A stretch of DNA of 64,000 nt from Hydrolagus affinis (Eukaryota): assembly GCA_012026655.1 (NCBI GenBank), contig JAAILG010000034.1:62001-126000 (forward strand), given 5' to 3'. A program made the position numbers and the translations under genes. How positions within the stretch are numbered: the first letter of the stretch is position 1; every line of letters starts with the position of its first letter. Shown here one piece after another: positions 51,268 through 64,000 of this stretch. Below the pieces are notes generated by a model that had not been told where the DNA came from, did no database searches, and saw nothing but the letters and a program-made list of their open reading frames with translations.

Positions 51268-52260
51268 AATAATAATCTTTGCATTTGATACATTGAGTTA
51301 TGTCATTGAGCTGTCTCAAAGCGCTTCACTAGATATTCTGTTAAATGTACCATTTTTGAGTGAATTTCCGCATAGTAAGGTCCCACAGATAGCCTTGAAG
51401 TGAATGATCTTTTGGGGTGCCACTCAGAGTTATTCCTAAATATTATAGTGTTCAATTGTTACATTCTCTTTAAACAACAACAAAATTACACTTGTATAGA
51501 GCCTTTTACATCAGGAGGACGTCCCAAGGCATGTATAACAGGGTAGTCAAGCTTAAAAACACGCACACTTGTGTGGGAGTAATTGAATCATAAAGGACTA
51601 TACCAGGAGTGGGAACGTTATACTGTATTGAGAAACTAAACCTAGAATAATACTCAGATACACCAACGCAGCAGAATAAAATGGCATAATTAAGGGTTGC
51701 GTAGAGAACTTTCAAATGCGACAACCAATCGCACACAGCAGTGTCCCACAAACTATCAAGGATTGAGTGACCAATTGTTTTTTTGAAGGATTATTACCCC
51801 TGGAAAGGGATCTGTCAATCAACTTTCAGATTCCTACAAGAGATGTGTGGAATAAGGAAACTTGAATAAGAGAATTGAACCCAGGTCCTGCTCTCTTGCG
51901 AGATGAGCACACTGACCAGCAATGCTACAGGACTCCACATAAGGATAATAATCCTTGCATTTGATATAGTGCCTTATCACGTCTTCAAGACATCTCAAAG
52001 TGCTTCAAAGAATATACTGTAGAGTTAACTGAACATATATTTTGTGGGCGAACAGAAGGAGAAAGAACACAAGGCCAGATATGAAGTATGTTTTACACAC
52101 AGGGCAATTAACAGCTTGAACTGGGTACCAGAAAGTGTGGTGGAGACCAGATCAGTGGAATCATTGAAATAAACAGCTGCATTTCGAAGAGCATAGGGTG
52201 GGTATTCTGGTCGAAAAGATGAAATAGGTTGAAGTGCCTTCTACATTCAAACCTATACCA
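51268..52260. mobile_element. Cluster of SINE fragments (-), an L2 tail and a CR1 3' fragment (+, about 52050-52250)
   Basis: Family tail motifs near 51268, 51475, 51715 and 51945; TTTTACACACAGGGCAATTAACAGCTTGAAC...GTGGTGGAG is CR1-like. Confidence 0.7.
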
Positions 52261-55200
52261 GTGCCATCAGCGCATCTAGACAGCATTTTGCAAATGTTTT
52301 TATTTCATGGATACTGACTTTAATTCACTTCAGTGAAATGGCAATAACTTGAGTTGTTTTCATTTCAAACAGGTGACTTGCGACCAGCAACCATCCATCA
52401 CACATGTGACATTCAATTTAATATACTGATACTTTCATTGGAATTGAAATCTCAATGCAGCCATATTGAAAATTTATTTTTGCATTGTATAATTTTCCCA
52501 GAGCCTTACTTTTAAATATTTTTAAACGCCGCTTGAAAGTTGAACTGAGGGGCTGATTGTTTGTTCCACTCACATTACCACATTACATTACCAGGGACCA
52601 CTGGGCAGTGGAGTCTTGGTCACATTACTTAACACCCCAACAATTTGTCGCCCCAACAATGGGAGGAGATGCCAAGTCGACTTTCTCAGAGGGAGGGGTA
52701 ATTGATGAGCCTGCCGCTTTGGGCAACACCCACACAACCCATGAAGTTAAAGCCAACTGTGGCCGAGACCCGGTTCCCAAACGTGAAACATGGTTCCCAA
52801 GAAGCCTCTCTAACCAAAGAACAAGATATAGCAGGAACCAAAGTGACTAGAGCTGGAGACATCTTTGTGGTACTTAATAGTAACTGTGCCACTCAGCATT
52901 TGTCCAGCTGGGGCATGAAGCGATATTGTGTGTTAAGGCCATCCTCCATCTCTTTGGATTACTGCATGGCCTTCTTGAAGCTATATAATAGCCCACAACC
53001 ATAAACCCAATATTAACAATAAACCTAATTTGGAGTCTTTTCAAGCACTGCATTTAATTATTCTATGTGTAAATTAAATGGTGCTTCCAGGTTCATTGTG
53101 CTTTATTCAACATATTTATGTCGACCAAATATTTTAAAAACGTAGCATGAAAGCCTGTGGTTATCTTGAAACCTCCAAATAATTTCAACTTCCAAAAGGG
53201 ATAATTTGTCCCTTACATTTAGGTTTAATTTCTTAGAGCATGTGGAGTCAGACAACCACATGTATGCATCGTTAAAATAACTACACATTTCCTTCTTTTC
53301 ATCGAAGGGTTTTACCTTATTGCAGCTTAAATAAATCGCTATGATAAATTAAGATGGCATTTGTATAGCAGAAAGCAGCTGCCATGCTTTTACAGGTCAG
53401 TATAATTTACAATCAAACAGAGGTTTCCAAGAAATTTCTAGGATCACTTGGCAAAAAAGCTGGGGCATTAAAAAGGTTGGTTGAGATTTGATCTTTTGAA
53501 TTACAGTTTAGCTAGGCCATCAGAAAGGAAAGCTCTCCAATTCATACTGGGAGTTTATTGCTTAGTGTACAGTCACTCTGATTTATTTGTAACATAAAGG
53601 CATGAGTTTGTGCAGCAAAATGTAAAGAGTGGGGGTGGGAGAGAAGTGTATCAGCACAATGCTTTGTGTAAGTGCCACAGGAAAAACGTTGCCTGAAACG
53701 CATAGTGTTGCACCAGATTAAACAAACAAATATTGCTACATATATAATGTGGACACGGATTTACTATACTTCATCTTGCCTGAAACTATTCTACACAGGT
53801 CAAGTTATAAAACTGTCAACCATTATTTACCCTTCAAATTGAGTAAATCTAGCACAAAAATGTCTGATCTCTATGGGGATGCATCTATTCTTGATAAAAA
53901 AAAATCTCTCAGCAGTAACCATTTATTTTTGCAAGAACATGCTGGACTTTTATAGCCGGGAGATCAAAAACAACCGAGTAGAATAGGGGCAATCTGAATG
54001 CGATATTTGACAGCCTGTTTTAAATGGTTTTGATGTTAAACAGAGGAGATTTGATGACTCATTATTGTGTTGTTTGGAAATTAATACGTTTGATTTAGAA
54101 CCCTCCTGAAGTGATCATATTGCCTGGTTGATTACTTGGTTAGCAAAGGTACTGCATTAGCTGATTAATATTAAACTTCAAACAGCAAGGTATGTTTCAT
54201 AGGAGCAAGCACCATCACTGAGGGGATCAGGAAGTTCTTCCAAGCCATTTGCCATGTAATATAATCATGATTGTTCCCTCTTCGCAGACTTCTGGGAGGT
54301 GAAATCAAGGTATCGAGTACCGTGGTGAGGAGAAACATATGTATTTAAAGGTGATTGTTGCATTACAGTTGCAATGACTGTATTTACAGGCATACACTAA
54401 GCATTCTTTGCTGCTGTTTGGTATTTATAAATATATTTTTACCCTTTAACCAAGTGATCCTGAAATGCTGTTATGTTTCCATAGGGAAAGGTGACACGTG
54501 GGCTAAAGCCCAGAAAGGGCAGTAAAACTACAAGAAGCACATGTGATAGCTGCCTGAGAAAGGAATTGAAGGACAGATATCAGGGACACAACCATGTAAG
54601 GTTTTTTTTAAACTTTGGAACTAACGAGATGGACAACAATTTTTTGGTCCTGCACACTGCCATCAACAAAAACAAAATTCAATTTTTAGAGTGCCTTTCA
54701 CATCGGGAGCCATGATTCTTAAGAGGAAATTTGAGGGGTGGAGGCTGACTTAGAGAATAAATGCTGGCATTGACTATTTGGGCCAATTGGCTGTTTCTGT
54801 GCTGTAACAGTCAAAGAAAACCCATCAGATTTTTTAAAATTTAATTTTTCACATTGAGAGTTATTTTACATTTACTTCTAAAAGTAACAAATTATCTTGT
54901 CAGTAAGCCTTTAGATGTTATTTCCAAATGTGAAGTGTAACAACGGTGAGTTTATACAGTGAATCAAAGCAAAAATCCCAGAATAAATTACGTGTGAGAG
55001 GGGCAATTTCAAAGCAATTCCTGTTGGAGCCTGGCTGCCGAGACCACTTTGATGCAGACTGCAGTAGTATAAATACCAGCAGTGCAAATCGATTCAACTC
55101 ACTCAAGAACCTTTAAGGGACTACTTTTTAATGTTATAAGGTATCAGTCACATAGCCAGCTCTTTAATAACATTTAAACACTAACACAGTTTTCAGATGC

Positions 55201-57924
55201 ACAAAGGTCTTAGCCCCTTGTGAGAGCAATTGAGAATGGTATATACATTTATGTCCAGTTTCCTGTTCTGAATCATTCTACTGTTGGAAGCAGTTTTATA
55301 GGTTATGTACTTTTGAAGATATAATGCTTTGTTTTTGACACATCAAAAGTTTTAATAAATGACTGTATTTACTATACAATAGTTAATTACACTATGGTAA
55401 TGCCATCAAATGGTAATGCTGTGCTGATTCCACCTTTATACATAACAAAAATGGACTGGTTTCCTTCATTGGGATACAAGAGCGAAACCAGACAGAAGCA
55501 ATATTTTCCAAACAATGACAGTTATCTTTAAACATTAGTTGGGCGTGTGAGAGAAAATACAGAAAAACAGTTCCTTAAGTTACAAGTATTTCTGTGCATC
55601 CAGTGAAACATAAAGTAAAATTGACTTTTAATGAAAAAAAGCAAAATAAGTGATCCAAATGATAAATTGTGATTGGATTATTCCAACAGGTAAAGCATTC
55701 CAATTATTTTTGGGGCTAATTTAATAAAAATGTATTTGTTGGAAATCAAATCCAATTGTTTTGAAATGCCTTTACTGGCTAGCCAGTCACTTCCTTTACT
55801 TTTTATCTCAACTACAAATACAGTAGATTAAAAACTTTAAGAAGGATACTTTTAGAGACTTATTCTCAGAATATATGAAGATAACAAACATGCATGCACA
55901 CACACACACACACACACTGTTAAAACATGAAAATGGTTACTATCCTGATATATTTTCTTCAGCTTTACACTGTTTACACCAACAATGGGTAAAACAGCGC
56001 CTTAAAGTAATTGCTTTAAAAAGAATGTAAGAATCAAAACCTACTAATCCAGGACATCTGGGAGCACATTTCCACCAAGCACAATTAGATAAGGATCTCG
56101 ACAGCAAAAGGATATTGATTTGAAACAAAGGATTACATCAGACCAAGAATGTACATTAATGTAAAAATAAATATTAGGCAGAAGGTCGCATACAAGGCAA
56201 TTTGGCAGAAAACATCATTCAACTAGCAATATTTAATCTGACCTGCATTATGGAGACCAGGACTTTTACTATGATCAGTAAAGCCAGACATTGTGTGCAA
56301 TAGTTAAAAAATGGGACCGGGGTAGGGGCTGGATCTTAACAGAACAAATTCACTGTTAATAATGCCACACACCATACCAGTAACTTCAAGCAAAAACAAC
56401 AACATACAATTAAAAAATGGTCGAAAAGTTGGGCTCATAAGTTTGACTGAGTTGCAATATTCAGGGAATGACTGTTCGCAACAAAGTTTGACCGTGGCTA
56501 TACAATAAAAGTCAATTCGAGGCAAACATTCTGTAGGTAAACATTCATTCTATGGACACTGCTTGTATTTTACGGCCCCAGTGGTGTCAATTCACACCAG
56601 TAAAAATAACATAGGATAACAAATAGCTGGCAATGAATTACAAGACCATATTTCAATCAAGTTCTGGCTGGCCCTCTCTGAAAGTCTAACTGAAGCAATC
56701 TGTAAAAGTCAGGATGGTTGAAATATAGCCTTAAAACAGTCTGACATCAATTTGTTATATCGTATAACAGACTCCGAAACCTACTTTTTTAAAAAAAATT
56801 AAACACTAGGTGACCTGAGCAAGGATGCAGTGGAGGAAATCCTGGGATATGGATGAAAATAGGAAAGCTGACGGGAGCACGTGAACAGAGACATGTTGCA
56901 CTGGTAACACGGTGTAAGGTAACTTTGTATTTATTATTTAATTAACAATGAAATAATACAGTTAGATGCTAAACAATGGGCCAAATGGCCTCCCTCTGTG
57001 CTTTGGTTTCTGTCACCATGGGATTATCAGGACTTTTAAGCCACGTTCACCTGAAATCACACACTTAACAGCACAGTTTTGTTTATTATGAAGAGACATT
57101 TGGAGTTAAATGCACAAAGGGGTGGGTGCATGCCACGAAACGCTCAGCACGATGAAAATATAATTTGACAGTGCAAAATAGGGCTTCAGATAGGTTCATA
57201 AGTGCAAAGATGATTTACAAAACAATTTAAACCAGAGTCAAGGTGTTCACAGAAGTCTTGTGCCAGTATATTGTCATCATTCTTTCACCTGTGAGCATGA
57301 TCTTCAGAAGTCAATCATTCTTGTGGCACTTACAGACTCTGAGAGTGTTGAGAAACAACACCATTGAAAGACAAAGTCTTGCACATTCACTTTTTAAAAA
57401 GTTAAATCAATGCTACAGAGAAAGATAGTAAACTGAGCATCCGCTCAAAAGGAAAATGTTAACTTTATGTTTGTGTTTCAAGTGACATGTGTACCTCCAT
57501 GTTATTCAATGTACAGTGTATGGCTCAGTTTGTGACACACAAATTGTGCATGCATGTAAATAATAAAATGTGTCCATGCACAGCTTGGCTCACTCCAATT
57601 ATATAGAAGTACTGATCCAAGCATAATGCAGATGTGGATTTAGCATTTATCAGCAAATTAGTTATACATTTACCAGACTTCAACTGTGTCAAAGTGTAGT
57701 TGTTGACACAACCACATAACCAGTAAGTTACAGCTAATTAATGCTTACACCCTACATTACTGTGGGTAAAAAAAAAGCTAAGAAAACTAAAATGCTCCTG
57801 CACAGGTATCCTCATCTCACCACTGGGTAAAAAACTACTGAAGAGAAAGTATGACTAAAAGAATACTCCTGTTATCTGAACAATAACTGGGTACTGGACA
57901 TAATAGTCATAGCCAAACTATATC

Positions 57925-58340
57925 ATAATAATCCTTGCCTTTGATATAGCGCCTTATCATATCTTCGAGATGTCTCAAAGGGCTTTGCAGAATATACTGT
58001 AAAGTGAATTGACTGGATGAACAGCATATGGGTTCCTTTTCTGGGGTTTAATAATAATAATCCTTTCATATAGCGCTACTCACATCTTCTAGACGTCTCA
58101 AAGTGCTTCATAGAATATATTGTAAAGTATATACTGTATATTTGTGGGCGAAATGTGGCAGCCAAGTGAACATAGCATTGTCCCACAAACAGTCTTGGAT
58201 TGAAATGACCAATTTATTATTGATTTCTTGAGGGATTATTATTAGGCATGTGGAGGAAGGAAACTTGCCCAAGGTTTCGCCCTGTACTGCCAGGTATCGA
58301 ACCCAGGTCTCTTGCTTGTTTGAAGTAGAAATACTGATAT
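57925..58340 (-). mobile_element. Two SINE copies (tail fragment and near full-length)
   Basis: Reverse complement of the 59465 family, including GGAAACTTGCCCAAGGTTTC and the B-box ATCGAACCC. Confidence 0.88.
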
Positions 58341-58489
58341 CCACAGCAGACCTTAGAATAATCTCCCTTGGTCATGAACCTTTTACAGCTCCTGTTTACT
58401 TTATATTCGCTGTAGAGTATTAGATATTTTCTCATTCTTTTGCTCTTTCTCCTAAATTAATTTAGCATTACTACAATGGGCTTTTTATT

Positions 58490-59160
58490 ATCAGCAACAT
58501 TGCCCGACTCTGCCATTGCCTCACCCCTCAGACCTTCAAAGCCCTCACTCATGCATTTGTCACCTCAAGGCTCGACTACGGAAACTCTGTCCTTGTTGGC
58601 CTCCCCAACTCTTCCCTCCACAAGCTGCAGATCATCCAAAACTCTGCAGCTCATGTTCTCCCCCTCATCAGGTTCCATGACACCATCACCCCCACCTTCG
58701 CCCAGTTCTACAGGCTCCCCATCCCTCAGAGGGTAGAATTCAAGATCCTCGTCCTCAGTTTCAAGGCCCTCCACGGGCTTGCCCCCTCCTACCTCTCTAA
58801 CCTGCAGAACTCCCATCAACCGATCCACTCCTTCCGTTCAGCAGGCTCCAGCCTACTCCATTTCCCCCTCCCGACCTGCCCTACAATTGGTATCCAGGCT
58901 TTTAGCCTTCTGCTCCCACTCTTTGGAACTCCATCCCACAATCTCTTCACCTTATTCCCTGCCTTGCCTCCTTCAAGGCCCGACTCAACACTCTCCTTTT
59001 CGACCGTATCTCCAGCTTCTCCCCTACCACTTTGTACTCCTTCAAACCAACCCTACCCCCACACATCCTCCATGCTCGGGTCCTGACCACTAACTGTTCA
59101 ATGCCTTGGGGCATCCTCCTGACATGAAAGGTGCTCTACAAATGTAATTTTTGTTATTGA
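58490..59160 (+). mobile_element. L2-clade LINE 3' end
   Basis: Frame reads HAFVTSRLDYGNSVLVGLPNSSLHKLQIIQNSAA...RVEFKILVLSFKALHGLAPSYL, the canonical L2 ORF2 C-terminus; tail GAAAGGTGCTCTACAAATGTAATTTTTGTTATTG. Confidence 0.93.
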
Positions 59161-59464
59161 ATATTTCACACTGAAAAAGTATAAAACCAAATGAAACAAG
59201 AGGGTTCAAAAAGACGTAAGACATACAACAATTGCATCCAGTTTTGTGGATTTGCTTGTTCATTTCAAGATAGTGGAATTGGGAGGCGGTTAGGGGGTGT
59301 AATCAGACTTGTGATGTTGAGACTCACTTGATAGTCAATCAGGGAAAGAGAGGGAGAGGTAACAGCATCATCAAAGCCATAGAGAATATGGGTAATGCAA
59401 GAGTGGTTATTTCAGTTGAAACCACTCTGAAACATGGGTTGCCTTATCCTCAGGAGAACTGTGG

Positions 59465-59821
59465 AGCTCCTGTGGCTCAGCGGTTAGAGCACTTGTCTTG
59501 CAAACTGGGGAGACGAAGCTGGGGAGACTAAACTGGGGAGACCTGTGTTCGAATCCAGGCAGGTCAGGGTGAAACCTTGGGCAAGTTTCCTTACTCCACA
59601 CGCCTAATAATAATCCCTCCCAAAAAAAACACAATAATAAAATTGGTCATTTCAATCCACGACTGTTTGTGGGACACTGCTGTGCGCAATTGGCCGCAAT
59701 TCACCCACAAATATAAATTTATAATGTAAATTCACTTTACATCATATTCTGTGAAGCGCTTTGGGACGTCGATAAGATGTGAAAAGCGCTATATCAAATA
59801 GCAAGGATTATTATTATTATT
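59465..59821 (+). mobile_element. Young full-length tRNA(Thr)-like-headed SINE with intact Pol III boxes
   Basis: A-box TGGCTCAGCGG 59473-59483, B-box GTTCGAATCC 59547-59556, (ATT)n tail; TSD-like AACTGTGG (59457) / AACTGAGG (59822). Confidence 0.93.
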
Positions 59822-59994
59822 AACTGAGGCAAGGGAAGACTCATGCTGGGGCATTGGTTCAGCTGCTCTCAGGTGGTTTACCTGATCCAATGCTTAATAA
59901 TGAGCCTTAACAATGAGCGTCAGCAGACCATTCAACATCAGAGGCAGGCTTCAAAATGAAGTCTGATCCAACACATTGTCCAAACACACTTGAA

Positions 59995-60240
59995 ATAATA
60001 ATAATGATAATCATCCTTGCATTTGATATAGCGCCTGATCACATCATTGAGACGTCTCAAAGCTCTTCATAGAATATATTGTAAAATGAATTGACTATTT
60101 TCTGAGTGAAACGTGGCAGCCAATTATGCACTGCCGTGTCCCACAAATAGTCATGGATTGAAGTGACCCAATTTTTTTATTACCCCCAGAGAGCAATCCA
60201 CCAATTGATTCACAACTACTTTCCTACTTACTGCCAGGAA
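59995..60240 (-). mobile_element. SINE copy, 5'-truncated
   Basis: CCTTGCATTTGATATAGCGCC...GTCCCACAAATAGTCATGGATTGAAGTGACC. Confidence 0.88.
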
Positions 60241-60304
60241 ACTGATGTACAGCAGTAGAATCCTGCTGTATTCAGTAGAAGGAACCAGATATACTTTTTC
60301 TCCT

Positions 60305-60435
60305 AGGTATTAAGGGATACGGGGAGAAAGCAAGAAATTGGAATTGAAAGGATACGTGGAGGTACAGATCAGCCATGATCTATTAAATGGCGGAACAGGC
60401 TCGAAGGGCTGAATGGCCTACTCTTGTTCCTATGA
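60305..60435 (+). mobile_element. CR1 LINE 3' UTR end
   Basis: AAGGGATACGGGGAG...GATCAGCCATGATCTATTAAATGGCGGAACAGGCTCGAAGGGCTGAATGGCCTACTCTTGTTCCTATG, typical of chondrichthyan CR1 termini as I recall them. Confidence 0.85.
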
Positions 60436-62139
60436 CTGATCCAGGAACTCAAGGTTAGCTGAGAGCAGCCGAATCCTCAGCTCAGAGCAACTGAACAAAT
60501 GTGGGACTGTTCTGATCAGTTTGACTCAGTAAAATTTTGGTGATTTTATTCAGAGCCATCGGAAGCACAGTTATGATTTATACTTACAACTATAGCCTTA
60601 AATTCAAGCTTTGGGTTCCAGTTCAGAGAACCCACTGGCAAATCCACACCCAAATTCCAATTTGACTTGAACCCTCAGAATTGAGCAAAAAGATGACAGG
60701 AAATAATCAACAACAACAAAGTTACATTTCTGGAGTGCCTTTCACGTAGGGGGCCCGTCCCAAGGCGCTAATCAAGACAATGGACAAAAGAAATGACAGG
60801 AACCTGGAGGACATAGCAAAAGCCAAAGATAGGAACTGGGAGGAGAAAAAAATACGAGGAAAGTGAATTTAGCTATTGTGCAGGTTTGCCTGACAATGCG
60901 ACAACGATTCTAGAATAATAGTTTGCCACACATTTTTAAAACTAATTTCTGTGAATGACATGGAGAAATAAAGCTCCAAAGAATGCTCGCAAGTGTTATT
61001 TTCTTCCCGAAAATCTACAAAAGAATGGCTGGTTGAAATCCTATTTCATGGTTGTTCAAATCGTAACTTATAGTGAATCTGAAAGTTATCACTCAACCAA
61101 CAAACCACCACATTGCATGATATTTTATAATACATCTTTGCAAACAAAAATAACTATAGCATGTATTTTTATTTTACCAATTATCTGTAGGATATTAATA
61201 CATTGTAGTATTATTGAAGACTGCTATTAGGATACCACTAGTAGAGATTATGCTGGTAAATGAATTCTTAATAAACATTTTGTTGAGAAATGTACGGCCT
61301 ATATAAAATGTAATGCAGCTCTTAAACATGGAGCAATCTTAAACAATGATTTATTGTGACATAAGATGTGAGACATTTCCACAGCTTTTGTGATTGCAGT
61401 AATGAAGCTGTAAACCAAATAGCATGAAATGAAGCAAGGTCTTACAATTTAATCAGCTCGTAAACAGATATACTGCATCAACCAAATGACATTATTACCC
61501 ATCTGAACTAAATCATGCTAATCTCAAGAGATAAAATCAACATCATTAATAGTCACATGTCATATTCATCAACACAAAAACATCCCTTTTGACAGATTAA
61601 TCCTAACTATAACTCCTGGGATGTATGGTAATAATGCTAGTACATAGCAGATAATTCAGCAAAAGATGACAGCCAACACCTACTTTCTGCAGTATTAAAC
61701 ATCGCTTTTACACAACAAAATCTTAGTAAAGTTTCTAATTAAGCTCATAATCAAGCAATATGACTGGGAAGGGAGCAAAGCATTTTACTGGTTCTTACTA
61801 TCTGTACATATAACACACTGCACTCTGTAATCCAGCAATATATTCAGCTTTTCAAAAAAGCTGCTTTAGATTTTACTTTGCAATGCTTGTGGCCGAACAA
61901 CCATTGTGATGCATTCCATCTCTTAAGGTCACAGAAAATAGAGCAACAAATATAGTGACTGGGCACTTTCATGTATCTGAATGCAAGACTGGTTAAGTGA
62001 ATTGAGTTAAGTGAATTGAATTGTTGAGAATAATGTAGCTTAAGTATGCAAAATTCAAGCTAAATATTGGTTGTATCTTATTAGACAAATGCATTCCCAA
62101 AAGGGTATTTTTTTGTCCAACTCAGGTCACTGAATAGTA

Positions 62140-62310
62140 ATCAAGACTAGGGACCCTGGCTGATTTTCCCTCTCTTACCTAGGGGCACCAAGACCAGCTG
62201 TAGCACTCCCCAACAGCTGCCTCAGCTGAGCAGAGATGCTAATGGATGCCTTCTATTCTGTGTGGCTTAGTGCTACATTGAGCAATGTATTAATCCGGTA
62301 AGCTATTCAG
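62140..62310 (-). mobile_element. Degraded SINE-like repeat of a separate, unassigned family (related pieces near 22040-22170 and 60445-60560)
   Basis: Shared motifs CAGCTGCCTCAGCTGAG / GCTGGGCAGCAGTAGAGG and a decayed tRNA-like head. Confidence 0.4.
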
Positions 62311-64000
62311 GATATTAAAAACACATAAGACCATCTCTGAAAGCCATATCAAAATTTGTTATAGTGAGGTTTACATTGCACATGTTTTTTTCCAGTAAAA
62401 GGGCCACCATTCTATACGCCATGTTTATTATCTTCACAAGACATGTTATACCAGGCAAGAATATAAGTCAGTGACAAGGCAGTACAGAGCATTTCTTGTA
62501 AAGTAGTGTATATGGTACACACTAAAGTTTAAATGTTTACTATGGAACTGAGCTATCATTCTTCAAAATGCTAAAATGCACAGAAGCATAGAACACAAGG
62601 TAAGCACTGCGTATGCAGCCAACCAATTGTTTAATGTGCAGTATTACCATTGTACCAAAATGTCAGCAGTCAAAATGCTAGTTAAATTACTGTTTGTTTT
62701 TGTCAGTTTGTAAGAAACATTTTCAGTTCATCTCAGACATGTGAACAAATTATATTGGCAGGCATATAACAAAGCCTTGCTGACTGGCTTTGTGATTAGC
62801 AATGTAGCCAGTCAATCCTTGACTGAGGAGTGCAGAAATGATCTGAGGCATTGGTAGCACCGTGCAGCAACTGCTTAGAGCAAAGATAGATGGTAGACGT
62901 TTGATTTATGAACACTGCACTTTTTTCTCCAATGGAACACAAACAATTCAAGTGCAGCTCTCAATTGTGCCATATCTACTGCATAAATGTAATTTATTAC
63001 AACCCAGGTATTCAATTGAGGAAGTGTTCAATATAGAATTTGTAAAGGTCACAAAAATAAATTCCACTAATACAATAAATGGCTAACTTTAAACTCTTCT
63101 ATCGCTGGGTCATTGGACCTCATAGAGTAACAGAAGACACTTCACACAATTATGTCCCAAATGCCCAAACATCAGTTATTTATTTCAGTTTTTATTATTC
63201 TCTTCTGTTCTGAGCTGCAAAGGAATGTTTGATGGTATTATAATAAGTACATTTTGTTCTCACTGATATAGATGCTTTGCATCGCAATATTGTTCACAAG
63301 AGTTATAATTCACCTCCTAGGACTAGACAAATGAAAAACAGATCTAATGTGAAATATCATTAATATCTTAGGAGCGGGTGAAAGTTGTATTGGAATCAAA
63401 GCACGTGTGAACTTCAAATAAATTGCTTCAGAAGCTGGTTTAGGTTCCAGCAGGAGATGTGTCAACTTCATAAAACTCCACGGCGGCAGACCCCGTCAGT
63501 ACTGCTGAAATTCAGAATGTTGCAGATATTTTAATGAAGAGCATTGTCAATCCCATTTAATGACAGTTACGTTCTCCTGTCATAGACCTACACGCACAAT
63601 GCACAGACTTATAATACATGCAGCATTAGTGTGCACTGCATGATTATGTTTATGCATTTCAGTGCACTAATGCCATCAGATGAATCTCCTGCCATTTGTG
63701 ACGAACGTGTTTTCCTTTTTGACATTTTTATCCCCCCTTCTTTTATTCTGAACGGAGATGTTTGTCTTTCTGTGTATAATTGTGCAGGGTTCATTGAAAT
63801 CCACATCCCAGGCCGCTTTAAATTGCTGCTTTCAAACCTTAAGAATGTAATGTGACATTATGATGTACGATACCATCTAGATACCTTGAACTACAAGAAA
63901 AGCAAGATGCCAGAACCTTAGAGAATTAAATAATCACAGAAAAAAATGTACAGTTGTCCTAAGTGGATCATTCTTAATTACTTGAAATTTTGTTTTCTTA

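Noticed and set aside
52557-53004. Overlapping ORFs of about 100 aa
   Set aside because: No recognisable protein similarity or splice context; possibly an unclassified repeat.
59465-59560. tRNA gene
   Set aside because: The cloverleaf is disrupted by tandem repeats and is followed by a SINE body and tail; it is a SINE head.
12313-62911. Isolated TGATNNATKR motifs (12313, 61347, 62902 and others)
   Set aside because: Rough base-composition arithmetic predicts around a dozen or more by chance, so only clustered cases were kept.

Overview
AT-rich vertebrate genomic DNA, most likely a cartilaginous fish and possibly a chimaera (inferred from the SINE/L2/CR1/Penelope-like repeat content). It contains the complete two-exon gene ZNF503 (Nlz2, NET family) on +, with CDS 38929-39177 + 39690-41156 (571 aa). 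Divergent on -, and missed by the ORF track, are the first two coding exons of LRMDA (C10orf11) at 31205-31246 and 21436-21536; everything left of 21435 is LRMDA intron 2. A CpG-richer stretch of about 16.6 kb (about 30.6-47.2 kb) with no transposon I can recognise covers both 5' ends and holds several CNE-like Pbx-Hox/Meis motif clusters. The flanks are full of SINE and LINE relics. Almost all other ORFs in the track are noise. The strongest oddities are: (1) a tandem duplication of the LRMDA exon-2 splice donor that creates a second, perfect-consensus donor leading straight into a stop codon; (2) a three-ATG uORF in frame with ZNF503 that stops 3 nt before the main ATG, with the next ATG in frame at codon 57; (3) an in-frame alternative donor in ZNF503 exon 1; (4) a variable 14-bp tandem repeat inside the tRNA head of a young SINE; (5) a decayed hammerhead-ribozyme-like motif; (6) a perfect 17-bp hairpin made of IRF/PRDM1-type sites. 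I could run no alignment or search; homology calls are from recalled sequences.
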